64,000 bases of DNA from Octopus sinensis (GCF_006345805.1 NC_043004.1:77624001-77688000), one strand, 5' to 3'; positions 24,085-37,408 are shown, counted from the stretch's first letter. Made by a program: numbers and translations. The notes: generated from the sequence alone by a model not told the origin.

Positions 24085-24518
24085 GGCAGGATTGTTAGTG
24101 CTCCAGGCAAACTATTTAGCGACACTTCGTCCCTCTTTGCGTCCTGAGTTCAAATTCTGCCGAAGTTGACTTTGCCTTTGTTCCTTTCGGGGTCGATAAA
24201 ATAAGTACCAGTTGAGCATTGGGCTCGGTTTAATCACCTTGGCTCCTACCCCAAAATTACTAGCCTTGTACCAAATTTTGAAACCAATATTTTTCTTCAC
24301 ACTAAGACGGCGAGGTGGTGGAATCGTTAACACGCGGGGCAAAATGCTAAGCTGTATTTCGTCCGTGTTTACGAACTGAATTCAAATTCCACCGGGGTAG
24401 ATTTTGCCTTTCATCCTTTCCGATTCGATAGAATAAGTACTAGTTGAAAACTGTGGACGATGTAATCATCCTCACCTCCCTGAAGTTGCAGGCCCTGTAC
24501 CAAAATTTGAAACCGATA
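24085..24518 (+). mobile_element. Two tandem family C SINEs
   Basis: 24085-24290 and 24303-24518; each ends ccaaa(a/t)tttgaaacc(a/g)atat. Confidence 0.85.
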
Positions 24519-25084
24519 TTTCCTCCACACCACGCTACACTACAGACAATACAGCAACCAATATGCTGTTTCTTTCTCTTTCTCTTCTTCCTTCACTGCA
24601 TACCCGGCTCATATATAATTTAACCCTTCTCTCTTCCAAATTTCGTGCTGATTATCTCATCATTTTGATCGTTATCTTCTTGTTAACATCTGTTTCGTCT
24701 AGTAACCCTTTCTCTTTCCTTATTCCTAAAATGTCGATTGAATCCATTTATTCAACATTATCAGAAGATATTTTTCTGATAATGTTTCCTGCCCCAAAAT
24801 CGTTCGACTTCTCTTCTTCACAGTAACTAATTTATTCAATTTTGTAAAGTTGTTATCTCCGTGAAACCAATAGTAACATTGGTGAATTAAATGTGTTAGT
24901 AGTGTGTGAGACAAAAGTTAAGCTCGGGGTATATGAATATATATATAGATACAATAATACGTGCTGGTTAGAGCTTTAAAAAATTACCTTGGTTCAGTCA
25001 TGTGAAGACAAGTGAATGACACAGGTATGGAAAAAAAATTTAATTGGCAGTACACTAAAATATATGAAGCAAAGCTGAATATTT

Positions 25085-25493
25085 GGATCTTTTCGGTTTG
25101 AACGGCAGTTTTTTCTAGCGGTGTCATATGAAATTGTCACCCATAATTATGACCCTAGTATCGATCTATTGAATTTCAATCTGTTTTAGGGTTAGGGGTG
25201 GGGGGAAGGGTATCTTTTTTTTCTTCACAAATGTAAATAAACACAATCTGTTTCTTAAAGAAGGGACATATTCATACGGCACAGAATGTTTTTTACCTCA
25301 ATAGACGTCATTGATTAGTTGAAATTGCAGAAATTGAAGAAAAACAACAAATATCTTACAAACGATAGAATTTTCTCAATAAAGCCAAGAGAAAAAGATG
25401 TTTTATAAACACATTCTACCACTATACGAAGTTTAAAATTTTTTAGTTACCTAGAAATTATGTTAAAACCTGCCGTTCAAACCGAAAAGATCC
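25085..25493. mobile_element. MITE with ~24-bp perfect TIRs
   Basis: ggatcttttcggtttgaacggcag ... ctgccgttcaaaccgaaaagatcc. Confidence 0.9.
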
Positions 25494-25519
25494 AAGTTAT
25501 CATCAATGAAACATTTTGA

Positions 25520-26390
25520 AACCGTTAGCATGCAATTTACCGTCATGAAAAAGTGAAAGTATGTGTGGTGTGAACGATGAAAAGAGTACAACAGAAAAAG
25601 GGAGAATGGAGATGCAATTGTTACGCTTTTTACTGTAATCATGCTGTTTTATTTTACTTTTCTTTCAGCAGCAAGGAAATGTAAATATTTCTTCTTTAGG
25701 AAGTTATTACAATAACATGCCCTGAAATACCTAATCTCACTCGAACATGGTTGCTTTCACAAGAAACATTTATTATAATGATATTGTATGAATTAGATTT
25801 TTTTTCTTTTTGTCAAAAGTGAATCGAAAGTCAATTGTGTCATCAGAATTTGTGATAGTAAGTAATCGTGAGACCAGGCACATGCTACTTCTCCTTCAGT
25901 GAATTTACAGAATGCTGAATACCAATCTAAGTATTTCAGATTACTTCTTAGTCAATATCATTAGAATACGAATATCTCTATAGTTTCTTTTCATTTTTAA
26001 TAATGAAATTGACCCAAATAATGAAGGTCTGAGGGAGGAAAGACAACATCATATTTAATTAATGAGTCTTTTGATGATCAGTTTTAGACTGATTATTCGA
26101 AAGTCCTAGCAGAACTTTGTATTCAAATACATAAGAAACGTTAGACCCAAAGGTAGCTTGTTATCTCAGTATATCTCCTGGTTATATTATTCTGTTCATT
26201 TCCTATCCATTGTAGCAGAAATAAAACTAAAGCATTTTGCGCATTGGAAGAGTTATTATCTGACAACAGATAATTTACTAATCTTTGCTTAAAATAATCC
26301 TGAACTAGTGGGTCTCATGAATATTTCATGGAATTAATGGCAAACCGATTTGTTATTTCTGCAAGTTTTATCCAAAAAACCTGAAATTGT
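25520..26390 (+). pseudogene. Possible very old hAT transposase relic
   Basis: Faint motifs only: actcgaacatgg (TRW-like) and ggtctcatgaatatt (GLMNI), followed by a QKNP-like end. No open frame. Confidence 0.3.
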
Positions 26391-27070
26391 AGCCTGTGTT
26401 GTGTCTATATGGAAAGATAGTGCTTGTCTGCTATTCATTGGAAAGTGAAACAAATTGGAATCTGATGATTACTTAATGCACTTTATATATACACTTTATA
26501 TACTTTATGCACAATTTAATACACAGCACTCATAAAATTAATATTCACTCTTATTTTTCCATTTTCCCCCAATACAGGAAAAAAATATCCCATATGATGC
26601 AACCTTTAATGGAATTTGAAATTGCATATATCTGCCAAGTAAATAAACATGAATATTTCATGGAATTACACTTCTGTGCACATGCGTTAAGTGATAGGTG
26701 ATATTAAAAACTTGGTTCAATTACAAAAGATACACTTTTAACTATCCGGTCATCACTGTCTCCACCACCACCACCACCACCACCTCCGTCTAAATTTATA
26801 ACTAATATAACTATCTCGACATTCATCAGTGTGCATTAAAAGCACTAACAGACGGTTTTCTGCTAGTTCCTAACTGAAAAACGAGGGGGAATTCGTGGCA
26901 GTGTTCAGTGAACAAATTAAACACACTGCACAGCAGTGGCTAAAACACGAACCAATCAAGTTTATGTATAAATTTTCTTTTTATATGTTTGTTTCCTTTT
27001 ACACAATATTAAAACAACAGCTAATAAAAATTTTCTGAAGCAGCACCCCCACTAATTTTATCTATGAGCT

Positions 27071-27323
27071 TACTGGCACCTGTGCTGGTGGCATGTGTAA
27101 AAAGATTCAAGCGAGGTTGTTTCCAGTACCGCCTGCTGGTGGCACGTAAAAAGCACCCACTACACTCTCGGAGTGGTTGGTGTTAGGAAGGGCATCCAGC
27201 TGTAAAAACTCTGCCAAATCAAGATTGAAGCCTGGTGCAGCCATCTGGTTCGCCAGCCCTTAGTCAAAATCGTCCAACCCATGCTAGCATGGAAAGCGGA
27301 CGTTAAACGATGATGATGATGAG
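27071..27323 (+). mobile_element. RTE 3' UTR copy with atgagct TSD, inside a cagtggc/gccactg MITE (26934-27332)
   Basis: tctATGAGCTtactggcacc...gatgATGAGCTgccactg. Confidence 0.8.
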
Positions 27324-28936
27324 CTGCCACTGTCTGGAATTATAAATTACAGGCTCTAGAGTGATACCACATATTTTACTTGTCCACCTCACTTTCTAAT
27401 ATATATCTACCAGCTCAACAATGAACCACTAATAGCCATTTTTGATAGGTAACTCCAACAACACCTTTGTTTCAGCTGCTGTTCAAGCTGGGATTTTAGT
27501 AGTAAACTAACCTGAGTACTTATAGTACATACCTATTACATTGTCATTAGACAATGTTTTTTTAAAATGTGAGTGTATCATTAGCCACTACACAGATTTT
27601 TTTCTCTCCTTGTTTTTGTGCCCCTTTCTGTAGAAGAGCGTAGGCTCGAAATGTAATTAAAATCCTTTTAATATTTCTGATTACTTTAGGCAGGTAGTTG
27701 AACAGTTGAGGACCTCTTAATATCAGACTGGTCCAATAAAGTGATTTTACTCATGATTTCAAAGGTGGTATATTTGAAATCTGACAGTCTCTAATAGTTC
27801 GTGCATCAAAATTCTCTCTAATGCTGAAGTTTGAAACAGGATTTTCCATATGTATATGATAGTATATCTTTCTCTTCTGCATTCAAAAGAGTAGAGACAT
27901 AACACTTTCAATTATTCCTAGTAGTTAAGGTATTTTACTAGTAAACATTCTTTGTAACCCTTCAATTTCTTCAATGAACTTGGATGAATTGGGAGACCAA
28001 AGCTATGAGTAATAATCTAACCTGCTCAGAACTCAAGTTTTCCATAGAGTTAGCCTAACTACTAGTTCTCTTGTTGCAAAGGTTTGCTAGATCCATACTA
28101 TGAGATATCTGCATTTAGTGGTCAGTTTGGTGATGTGGCTAATTAAAAAGATGCATAATTTGAAATGATTACTCCTAAATCCCATGTCATTAACACTCTG
28201 AATCATTCTGGCATCAAATTTTGTGATTTGTGTGTATTCCCACTGTAAAGAAGGGCCTCAAATTTTTATGTATTAAATTTCATCTGGTTTTAACCCACCT
28301 GTTGATAAATGAGGTTTAGTTCATTTTGGAGTGTGATAATAACTTCTGGAGTTTAAATAGCCATGGATATTTTTGCTTCATCGTCATAACTTGTTATTTT
28401 GGATGAGTGCACTTGTGATAGGTTGATGATAAAATAACTATAGTCCTAGAACCATTCCTTGAGGCATACCACTTATTACAGGTGGATTTGTAGGGAGAAA
28501 ACTATTTCCAGCAACAGATTTGCTCCTACTGTGTAGGAAGTCAAAGAGCCATTCTCTGAGTTTTCTTGAGATACCAAGATCCCTTAACTTTGACAGATGA
28601 TTCCATGAACTTTCTTGTCGAACGCTTTAACAAAATCAAGGTATATACAATCAATGTCCTTTCCTCTCAAGAGATTATTAAAAATAGTGTTATGGTGTCA
28701 TAATACTTGTGAAAGACAACTTCATCCAGTCCAAAAACCATGCTGTATATCATTTACGACGTTGTTTTCCACAAAGTATGTACAAATTCTATTTCAGACA
28801 ATGTGTTTGATAATTTTAGATGTGTGAGATGTGAGAAAAACAGGTCTGTCATTTTTAGTTTCAGCCCCGTTACCTTAGCCTTTTGTATAAGTGTTACTAT
28901 TGTGTCTTTCAATAGTTCTGGGAATTCAACCATCTA

Positions 28937-29166
28937 ATCGTGGCCATTTGCCAGCCTCATCTGGCACCTGTGCAGGTGGCACGTAAAAAGTACCCACTAC
29001 ACTCACAGAGTGGTTGGCGTTAGGAAGGGCATCAAGCTGTAGAAACTCTGCCAGATCAGACTGGGCCTAGCGCAGCCTACTGGCTTCCCAGACCCCAGTT
29101 GAACCGTCCAACCCATGCTAGCATGGAAAACGGATGTTAAACGCTGATGATGATGATGATGATGAT
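28937..29166 (+). mobile_element. RTE-type LINE 3' UTR copy nested in the LINE
   Basis: One hairpin unit and (gat)n tail, flanked by catcta/gatcta. Confidence 0.85.
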
Positions 29167-30067
29167 CTAGCAACTTTCGAAATAGAATCTTTAATGGTTT
29201 TACGAGGTTGTTTTTGCACATTTTATTTCTTTTATCAGATTCATCATGGCTAAAAAAAGGAATTTTCCTGTTTTGGGAGGGGCTGTTGCCTGGAGTTGGT
29301 ATGGTTGCACTGTTAAATATGGTTATAGTTATATGGTTTGTGGCTGTTGATTTTACAAAAGATATCTGGGTGACTTCTGGGTTTCATGAAAGTCTGGACC
29401 AACTCTGCCACTGTAAAGAATGTTTCTACTGTGGATTTGGTGGTGATGTGAAGTCATGCTTTTACTCTTGCACCGAGTTCCTGGGAGATGAGTGAAGAGA
29501 CAGTCACACATCCCACATGATCATTCGTGTTGGGAATAGCAACAGGTTGTAGGATCCCAGGTTATATGTGTAGAAGTAATTGTGATTTAGCATTTAGTAG
29601 TGGTAATGTTGTTGTAAGGTGTGTGGTTTAGTGTTGGCTAGTATTGCTTGTATGAATTATGCATTATGCACCCAGGTAAATGGGTAAAGCTACAGTCACT
29701 GCATATGCATAGCCTTTCACATTGAGAATAGCGACATATTTTAGGGTTTCGTGTGTTCATAATTTTACTTTATTTACAGTTAGCAGATTTATCAAGGAGC
29801 TGTCAAGTATGCATTCAGATTGAAGTGGACAGTGGGTGGGGTAAAAAAAGAGTGGTTCTTCGTTAATTGGAGTGTTATTGAGAATTTGAGTGGCCTGACT
29901 GTGGGAAAGAGCTGGAGACTGTTGTTTAATAGGTCATCAACTGTTCTAGTATTGAAGAGTGATTACCAATGCCGATTGTTTTTGGTGCTATTGCTTAGTT
30001 GTGGTAAGGGTAGTAGTAGCAGAACATGATGACAAAGGTAATGATAGGTCACTTGTGGTATTTCGAT

Positions 30068-30218
30068 GTACAGGTCGACTTTGCCTTTCATCCTTTCGGG
30101 GTCGATAAATTAAGCCCCAGTTACACACTGGGGTCGATATAATTAACGTTTGCCTGTCCTTGTTTGTCCCCTCTGTGTTTAGCCCCTTGTGGGTAGTAAA
30201 GAAATAAGTATTTCGATG
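30068..30218 (+). mobile_element. 5'-truncated family C SINE with 11-bp TSD gtatttcgatg
   Basis: TSD copies at 30058-30068 and 30208-30218. Confidence 0.85.
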
Positions 30219-30291
30219 AAATGAGAAAGTGGATAGCTGAACTGTGAAGGGCTCTTCATTGTGGAGTGTAATAGTTCATCAGTTGTGCTAG

Positions 30292-30339
<48 letters not shown>

Positions 30340-30382
30340 TAAACAACAACCACAGCCACTTTTCTCAATACTAGCATAAATA

Positions 30383-30582
30383 CAGAGAGGACAAACAAGG
30401 ACAGACAAATGGATTAAGTCGATTACATCGCCCCCAGTGCATAACTGGTACTTATTTAACCGACCCCGAAAGGATGAAAGTCAAAGTCGACCTCGGCGGA
30501 ATTTGAACTCAGAACGTAATGGCAGACGAAATACAGCTACGCATTTCGCCCGGCATGCTAACGTTTCTGCCAGCTCATGGCC
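30383..30582 (-). mobile_element. tRNA-derived SINE family C
   Basis: Matches the 22258-22490 copy. Confidence 0.9.
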
Positions 30583-31768
30583 TTGAATACTTGTGGTATT
30601 TCGATGAAATACCACAAGTGACCTGTCATTACCTTTGTCATCATGTTCTGCTACTACTACCCTTACCACAACTTAACAATAGCACCAAAAACGATCGTCA
30701 TTGGCAGTCACTCTTCAATACTAGAACAATAGATGACCTATTAAACAATATATAATTGAAGCTGTATATATTGTTAGATTTCTGGTTTCATAAATGGTAG
30801 TTTTAGAATTGATTCCTACCAACACAAGCAGATCAGCATTAAGCTTGTCAAACTTTACTTACTCTGTATTCAATTCTAAAGTTTTATTTATCTAAGGGGG
30901 ACTTTCAGAACAGCTGTCACACATAAATTGGAATTTATCTGTTTCTTTTGGGATTTAGGGATTTTTCCAATTTAATAGTATCCTTTATTTCAAAATACTA
31001 TGGATGGGTGTGGGAGGGGTAGTAGATATTAAAAATTTTTTATCAAATTCCATGTTTTTCAAATGCCTCGTCCCCAACTCATGCCTTTGAAACAGTAGTT
31101 ACCACTAAAATATATGGCAGTTGACTTCATCTTCATTTCTGATCGCATGTAAATCACAAGCTTATCATGAGTGCAGACCCCATTTCAGCCAATCAGAGCT
31201 CATTGTTCACATGATAAATTTTAGAATGTTCTTTCAGTAATGGCCTTATAAACAGCTGCTTTTACTGCAAAGAGGCAGAGGAAATTGGGGCCCCATTCAT
31301 TACGAGGCCCCGTGAATTCCTCTCTCATAGCTTCATACTCAAACCAGCACAGTTCTCCTAATAGCTCTTTTCACAGCTCTATACCCAACTCATAGATGGA
31401 TAAATTTTTCAAGCATTTTACCTGTTAAATGGCTCAATAATGAATAAATATATAAATAAATGAGAAATTCTAGTAATGGTAAGTCATGTATGCATGGATA
31501 CACACACACACACACATAAATAAATATGCATATGAATACACTGTGTTTGTATGCATTCATACATTTGGTTAGCAGTTCTGATGCTGCATTCTCACCCGAT
31601 GATTACCCTAGGGATAATCTAACAATATGAAACTTGAAGTAGCAAAATGCTAAGCTAATCAATATGGTAAATGTTTGATCTATCCAGATATTCAGTTGTT
31701 TTTTTTTTTGCTTTGTTTTAACTAGATTGTTATTGATTCTGTTCATTTTGTTTCTTCTTTTTTTTTAG

Positions 31769-31885
31769 TTGAAAATCTGGAAGATTACTGTGCAGCATTT
31801 GTTTCTTGTGTGGTGCTGCAAGCTGTTCAGCGCTATGTTCTGGTGGAAATCAAACAAAGGTTGACCAGTATTTCAAATGACACAG
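31769..31885 (+). CDS. Exon 3 (VENLEDYCAAFVSCVVLQAVQRYVLVEIKQRLTSISNDT), AKAP-like amphipathic helix
   Basis: Long polypyrimidine tract plus ttag|, donor cag|gttagt; 117 bp, open, phase 1-1. Confidence 0.85.
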
Positions 31886-32219
31886 GTTAGTAATGGTATC
31901 TTGTATCAAGTATCAGCAAATTCTTTTAGTAATGCCCCACTGTAATTTTTTTTAAACAATGCCCATGGCTCACTTATATATAAAATTTTGCCCTTGGAAC
32001 CTATAAATTCCAAATATTCACTTTGCAGTAAAATGTTAGTGTTTATATTTATTTATATAGTTTAACATTTGTTAATAGTTCTGAGAGAAAAAAAAGCTTC
32101 TTTTGTTTTTTAATGAACAAGCAAAGTCAGATCATAACATTCATTTGCAGACTTAAGTTCTTCTATAATATTCATGGGATATAGTTGCATAACTGAGGTG
32201 TTAAAATTTTGTGTATAAA

Positions 32220-32455
32220 TACCTATTTCTTTACTACCCCCAAGTGGCTAAACACTGAGAGGACAAACAAGGACAGACAAACAGATTAAGTCGATTATAT
32301 TGACCCCAGTGTGTAACTGGTACTTATTTAATCGACCCTGAAAAGATGAAAGGCAAAGTCGATCTCAGTGGAATTTGAACTCAGAACGTAGTGGCAGACG
32401 AAATACTGCTAAGCATTTCGCCTGGCGTGCTAATGTTTCTGCCAGCTCGCTGCCA
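32220..32455 (-). mobile_element. tRNA-derived SINE family C
   Basis: Full reverse copy. Confidence 0.9.
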
Positions 32456-33440
32456 AAAGGACAGAAAATATACTTTAGCTTTAAAGCTAAAAGTTATCAA
32501 AGTTGCTAAGACAAATGTCTGTGTTGTATTCCAGGGAACTTAGTGAAAGACTGGATATCAATCAAATTTCAGACAATACCAAAAAGAAAATGTGTTTATG
32601 GAGATAAACCAATTCATCTAAATAGAAATTAAGTTACTCATACAACTCTCCAAATCCATGCAGAAAAGAAAGCAAAGAAGAATGGAATTCCAAATTTTAA
32701 AGCAAGTACTGATGCACTCAGTTCATGAGCCGATATGAATTTGGTAGAGAGCTAAGATTGCGCAAAAGTTGCCTGAAGATCTTGGTGATAATTTATCACT
32801 GTTTCACCAGTTTATAATCAGAAATTGGAAATAGGAAGGCTACAAGTTATCATGTATTGGGAACATGGACAAAGTGCCTATTACCTTTGGCATGTCAAAA
32901 AACTGAATTGTAAACCAAAATAGAAGGAAAACAGTATTGATGAAGACCACTGGCCATGAGGAAAGTAGGATTACTTGTATGGCTGATCACACTAAGTTAA
33001 AACCAATAATTGTTTTTTACAGAAAAACTTTGCCAAAGGAGAATTTTCCAGGACTTATTACCCGTGTGTTAGATGGATGAGGGTGAATGTAGAAAATGTA
33101 TTAGGGAAGTTTGAAATTTATGATCTGGTGAACCACAAAAAAAATGGCTTGCTGATCTGAGATCAGTTTTGAGCACATCAAATATTGACAGCCTCTGATC
33201 ACTATATACTGAAATGGCTTCTTTTCCTAATGGACTTATAAATGTTTTGCAGCCATTAGATGTTATCAGTAAACCATTTAAGGATAATATGAAAATAAAG
33301 TGGAATAACTTGATGCACAATGAACAAAAAAACATACATAAAAAAGGCAACATGCAGGCTTCATTACTGCCTCTGATCTGTGAATGGATTGTTCACAGTT
33401 CAGAGAGAAAAAAGACGTTTTTGGTATAGATTCTTGTTTG
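32456..33440 (+). pseudogene. Degraded pogo (POGK-like) DDD transposase
   Basis: IGNMDKVPITFGM, MKTTGHEESRIT, ADHTKLKPIIVFYRKTLPKENFP, LQPLDVISKPFKDNMK; many stops. Confidence 0.85.
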
Positions 33441-33643
33441 CATGGGCAGTGGTGGGGGTGTTTCTACATCTTTTATTCATTTTGGTTTTTAAAGCCTGAA
33501 GCTGTGTTGAATTAGAAATAAAAGTACAGCACTGAAATATTGGACCTGTGGTGAATGTGATTTTAACCAATCATGGATATGGAAATAATATGGCTGGAGA
33601 GTTGTGATATGAAATGCACCAGACAGTTAATATTAAATATGCC

Positions 33644-33865
33644 AAAAAGGTGGTGAGCTGGCAGGATTGTTACCCCCACCAGTTAAAATGCTTTGAGGTA
33701 TTTCTCCTGACTTTACGTTCCGAGTTCAAATTCCGCCGAGGTCAACTTTGCCTTTCATCCTTTTGGGGTCGATAAATTAAGTACCAGTTGAATACTAGGG
33801 TCAATGTAATCAACTTATCTTTTCCCCTGAAATTGCTGACTTTGTACCAAACTTTGAAATCAATA
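33644..33865 (+). mobile_element. tRNA-derived SINE family C
   Basis: ggtggtgagctggcagg...gagttcaaattccgccgagg...ggtcgataaattaagtaccag. Confidence 0.85.
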
Positions 33866-34028
33866 CAAAATATGTCAGTAGCCAAGAAGCTATCAGCTAT
33901 GTGCATATTGTTACAATAAATATACAATATTTATGAGACAAATTGATTTCACTGAAGTAGTCTGTTGAGTGTGATGGATATGATTTATTTATGGTTGTTG
34001 TTACATAGTAGGATATGTTTAGATGTTA

Positions 34029-34708
34029 CATCATCATCATCATCATCATCGTTTAACGTCCGCTTTCCATGCTAGCATGGGTTGGACGGTTCAACTGGGG
34101 TCTGGGAAGCCCGAAGGCTGCACCAGGCCAGTCAGATGTGGCAGTGTTTCTACAGCTGGATGCCCTTCCTAACGCCAACCACTCCGAGAGTGTAGTGGGT
34201 GATTTTATGTGCCACCGACACAGGTGCCAGACGAGGCTGGCAGACGGCCACGCTCGGATGGTGTTTTTTATGTGCCACCGACACAGGTGCCAGACGAGGC
34301 TGGCAGACGGCCACGCTCGGATGGTGTTTTTTATGTGCCACCGACACAGGTGCCAGACGAGGCTGGCAGACGGCCACGCTCGGATGGTGTTTTTTATGTG
34401 CCACCGACACAGGTGCCAGACGAGCTGGCAGACGGCCACGCTCGGATGGTGTTTTCTTATGTGTCACCGACACAGGTGCTAGACGAGGCTGGCGGACGGC
34501 CACGCTCGGATGGTGTTTGTTACGTGCCCTCAGCACGGAGGCCAGTCATTGCGGTACTGGCTACGGTCACGTTCGGATGGTTTTCTTATGTGCCACCGGC
34601 ACTGGTACCACAAGGATACAAATTCCATTGATGTTCATCTATTTTGATTTGGTTCGATTTGATTTGATACGATTCGATTCTATTCTCACTTGCCTCAACA
34701 GGTCTTCA
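34029..34708 (-). mobile_element. RTE 3' UTR copy with homogenised 63-bp tandem array
   Basis: Units start at 34207, 34270, 34333, 34396 and 34459; reverse (gat)n tail at 34029. Confidence 0.92.
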
Positions 34709-34817
34709 TAACTTTTAGTGATTTTCTAAAAACATTCAGTTAGGTCATTTAAGCTTCTACTACTGATATAGTATTTTGGATTCTGGCATGAATTTCATCC
34801 TCTCAAAATTAGTATCT

Positions 34818-34972
34818 ATGGAGTGGTTGGCGTTAGAAAGGGCACCCAGCTGTAGAAACACTGCCAGATCAGATTGGAGCCTGGTGCAGCCTCCATGGCT
34901 TCCCAGAACCCGGTCGAACCATCCAACCCATGCTAGCATGGAAAACGGATGTTAAATGATGATGATGATGAT
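34818..34972 (+). mobile_element. Short RTE 3' end
   Basis: gagtggttggcgttag...cccatgctagcatgg...(gat)n. Confidence 0.85.
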
Positions 34973-35152
34973 GTATTAATCAACCCTATATATTTAACCT
35001 AAAAATTTCAACCTTTACACAAATCTATATGGTAATCACACTTTGAATATGACAGATAAAACATCATTATAATACTGTGCATATATAAAGATTGTTTTCT
35101 AACTTTATCTAGTGGGTGTTCATTTAGCAGTACAGTACTTATATATAGATAT

Positions 35153-35525
35153 ACTAGCACTATGACCTGGCGTTGCTGGGTCATAGTGCTAGTGCATGCA
35201 TATACAGCTGCATGCATGCGCACATACACACGAGTACTGTCCAAATCTCCGACCAATCACATACAGCTAGCTGGCATTCAATTGGCGTTTCAAGTTTCGG
35301 GCATTTTGATTGGGTTTTGGATAGAAAATTCACAAAAAAGTCACTTCTATTGATTTGTTAATGGCTTTGCGGGGTGACTGGGGAAATGTAAAGATGTGCA
35401 CGACCACCCTTGGACGGTTTTGAATGACCATAGAAAGAGCGAATCCTCTAACTGAAAAATTGTGGATTTGTATAAAGGATACACACACACACAGACAGAC
35501 ATTTTGCCGTTTATATATATAGATA
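35153..35525 (-). mobile_element. Non-autonomous Helitron-like element (family A)
   Basis: Reverse copy with hairpin actagcactatgacctggc-gtt-gctgggtcatagtgctagt. Confidence 0.88.
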
Positions 35526-35797
35526 TATATGCATGTGACAGATGCAGCAAAACTGCATGTCAAATACATGGCTTGATAGCAATAATAATGATCTAATCAT
35601 CTGTGATAATCAATCATATAGCACTTTTGATTTTTGATGTGGAACAGAACAATATGACAATAAAAATCTGACTGTCCTTCCACCAATGACTGACTCTTAT
35701 GGCATACTCTCATTTATCTTTTCAGGATTATTTGTTGCTCTGCTTTAAATAATTTTATGGTGCACTAATTACTTTTCTTGTACATTTTTACTTCCAG

Positions 35798-35886
35798 TGA
35801 CTGATAAATCTAAACTAGATTTTGAAGATTTATTCCAGCCTTTACCAGAATCAGAATGGATTCCCAATGATCAAAGCAACCATTGG
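35798..35886 (+). CDS. Exon 4 (VTDKSKLDFEDLFQPLPESEWIPNDQSNHW)
   Basis: Branch-like ctaat and cttccag| acceptor, donor tgg|gtaata; 89 bp, phase 1-0. Confidence 0.85.
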
Positions 35887-37408
35887 GTAATATTCTCTTT
35901 TCACCCTTTTACGCTAAAAGAATCAGTTCTTATTTTTTTAAACTATTCTGATGCTAACTTTCAATATTGTTTATTAAGCTTTAAAAAAAAACACTCATAA
36001 AAAATTCCTTTTATTGTGGCAGAACATCTAAACAGTTAGAAATAGTGTAAGAACCAAACTATGGAGACTGAATAGTTTTTCTGTTATTGTTGAGACTCAT
36101 GTCAGTCCTGATCCAGCAAATGCCTCGTCAAATGTCTCCAGTTATAATTACCATATCGTTTGTTTTTCATACACACGGATTTTAGTTCTATATTGTGTTC
36201 TTCCTTTTTTCATATAATTTGAAGGTGACTCAACTGCTATTTCTACCAACTGAATGACCACATAGAGAGACCCCGCTGGTGTGTAACACTTGTTCCAATA
36301 GATTAAGTTGTTAAGACTAACTGAAGCTGTTTTAGTTCTTATAAAACTACCAGTTGAAGAGTTGTAGTATGCCTAGCTAGAAGAAAAGTAGCTCTTGTTT
36401 GCTCAAACCAATGTAAATAGACAACATTGAAATTTAGTTTACTGCTGAAAGTGTTGGAGATTCTGTGTATTATTGTTAGCTGCATTGCTCAGCCCAAATA
36501 CTTCTATGGATCAAGAGAAAGCATTAAGAAAATTAATGTTTCTTTCCTAAGAAGATTTTTATATTGTCAGAAGGCTCACCAGAAGCCTTCTTGACGTGAT
36601 AGCTCCTTCTCAATCAGAAAAGTTCATTGACATTCTTAACTCAAACTTGTATTTCATTATTTATTGAAGTTTATGGTAAAGAGATTTTTTGTTTTATTTA
36701 AATGCATATTTTAAAACCTTTGTCTAAAGGAATGAATGAAGTTAATTTTGCAAGCAAAATTTTGTGTGCAAAAAGCAGACTACATGAAGCAAGTGCACAG
36801 AGAAAAATGTTACATGGCAGTACTCAGTGAATGTTGAAGGACTGTGCAGGTTTGGGAGAAATGAGATGAGTACAAATGTGCCACATTAACTTGCATGTAG
36901 CGCTGAGCACAAGTGAGCTGGACATCAGATGATGTTTGAGGAGAAAAGAGTGATAAGAATACGTGGTGTGAACTGCAGATAAGAAGTTCTTTTCTACTTG
37001 AAATCGCCCTAAGCAGAGCCCATAGGCTTTGCTTATGGGAAGAAAGGTTAAGAGAAAAGAAAGGGAGTCGTATCAATGCTACAAAAGGTAAATAAAAGAT
37101 GGTATTAAAATAATTTATAAAAAATTAAAATGACATACAATAGATGATATAAAAGAACTGATTGCAGTAAAATACAGTAAATAAAATGACAAGAAAGAAA
37201 TAATATAATTAAATAAAATAGTTATAAAAGTAGATGTAGTAATGTCTATGTGGTTATGAAGTTTGCTCTTGAACCACATGGTTAGTAGTTCATTTCCACT
37301 GCATGGATGTTATTGGCTGATGTCCTCTACTAAAGTAAAAATGAAAAAGCAAACATTTGGCATCACTTGAAAAAGACATTTATTTTAGATAGAGAATATA
37401 AACATAGA

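Larger units (their letters stand above)
27660..30290 (-). mobile_element. Highly degraded CR1/L2-group LINE (RT region and ORF1-like remnants)
   Basis: Minus strand: DIDCIYLDFVKAFD, SGMPQGMVLG, YDDEAK, LDYYS.LWSP...IEEIEGLQR. Upstream Cys/His motifs read CDCLFTHLPGT and CSDCSFTHLPG. Confidence 0.75.

Noticed and set aside
34200-34560. CRISPR-like array or repeat-protein ORFs
   Set aside because: Units are contiguous with no unique spacers. The 63-bp period explains open frames on both strands, and the array lies within an RTE 3' UTR.
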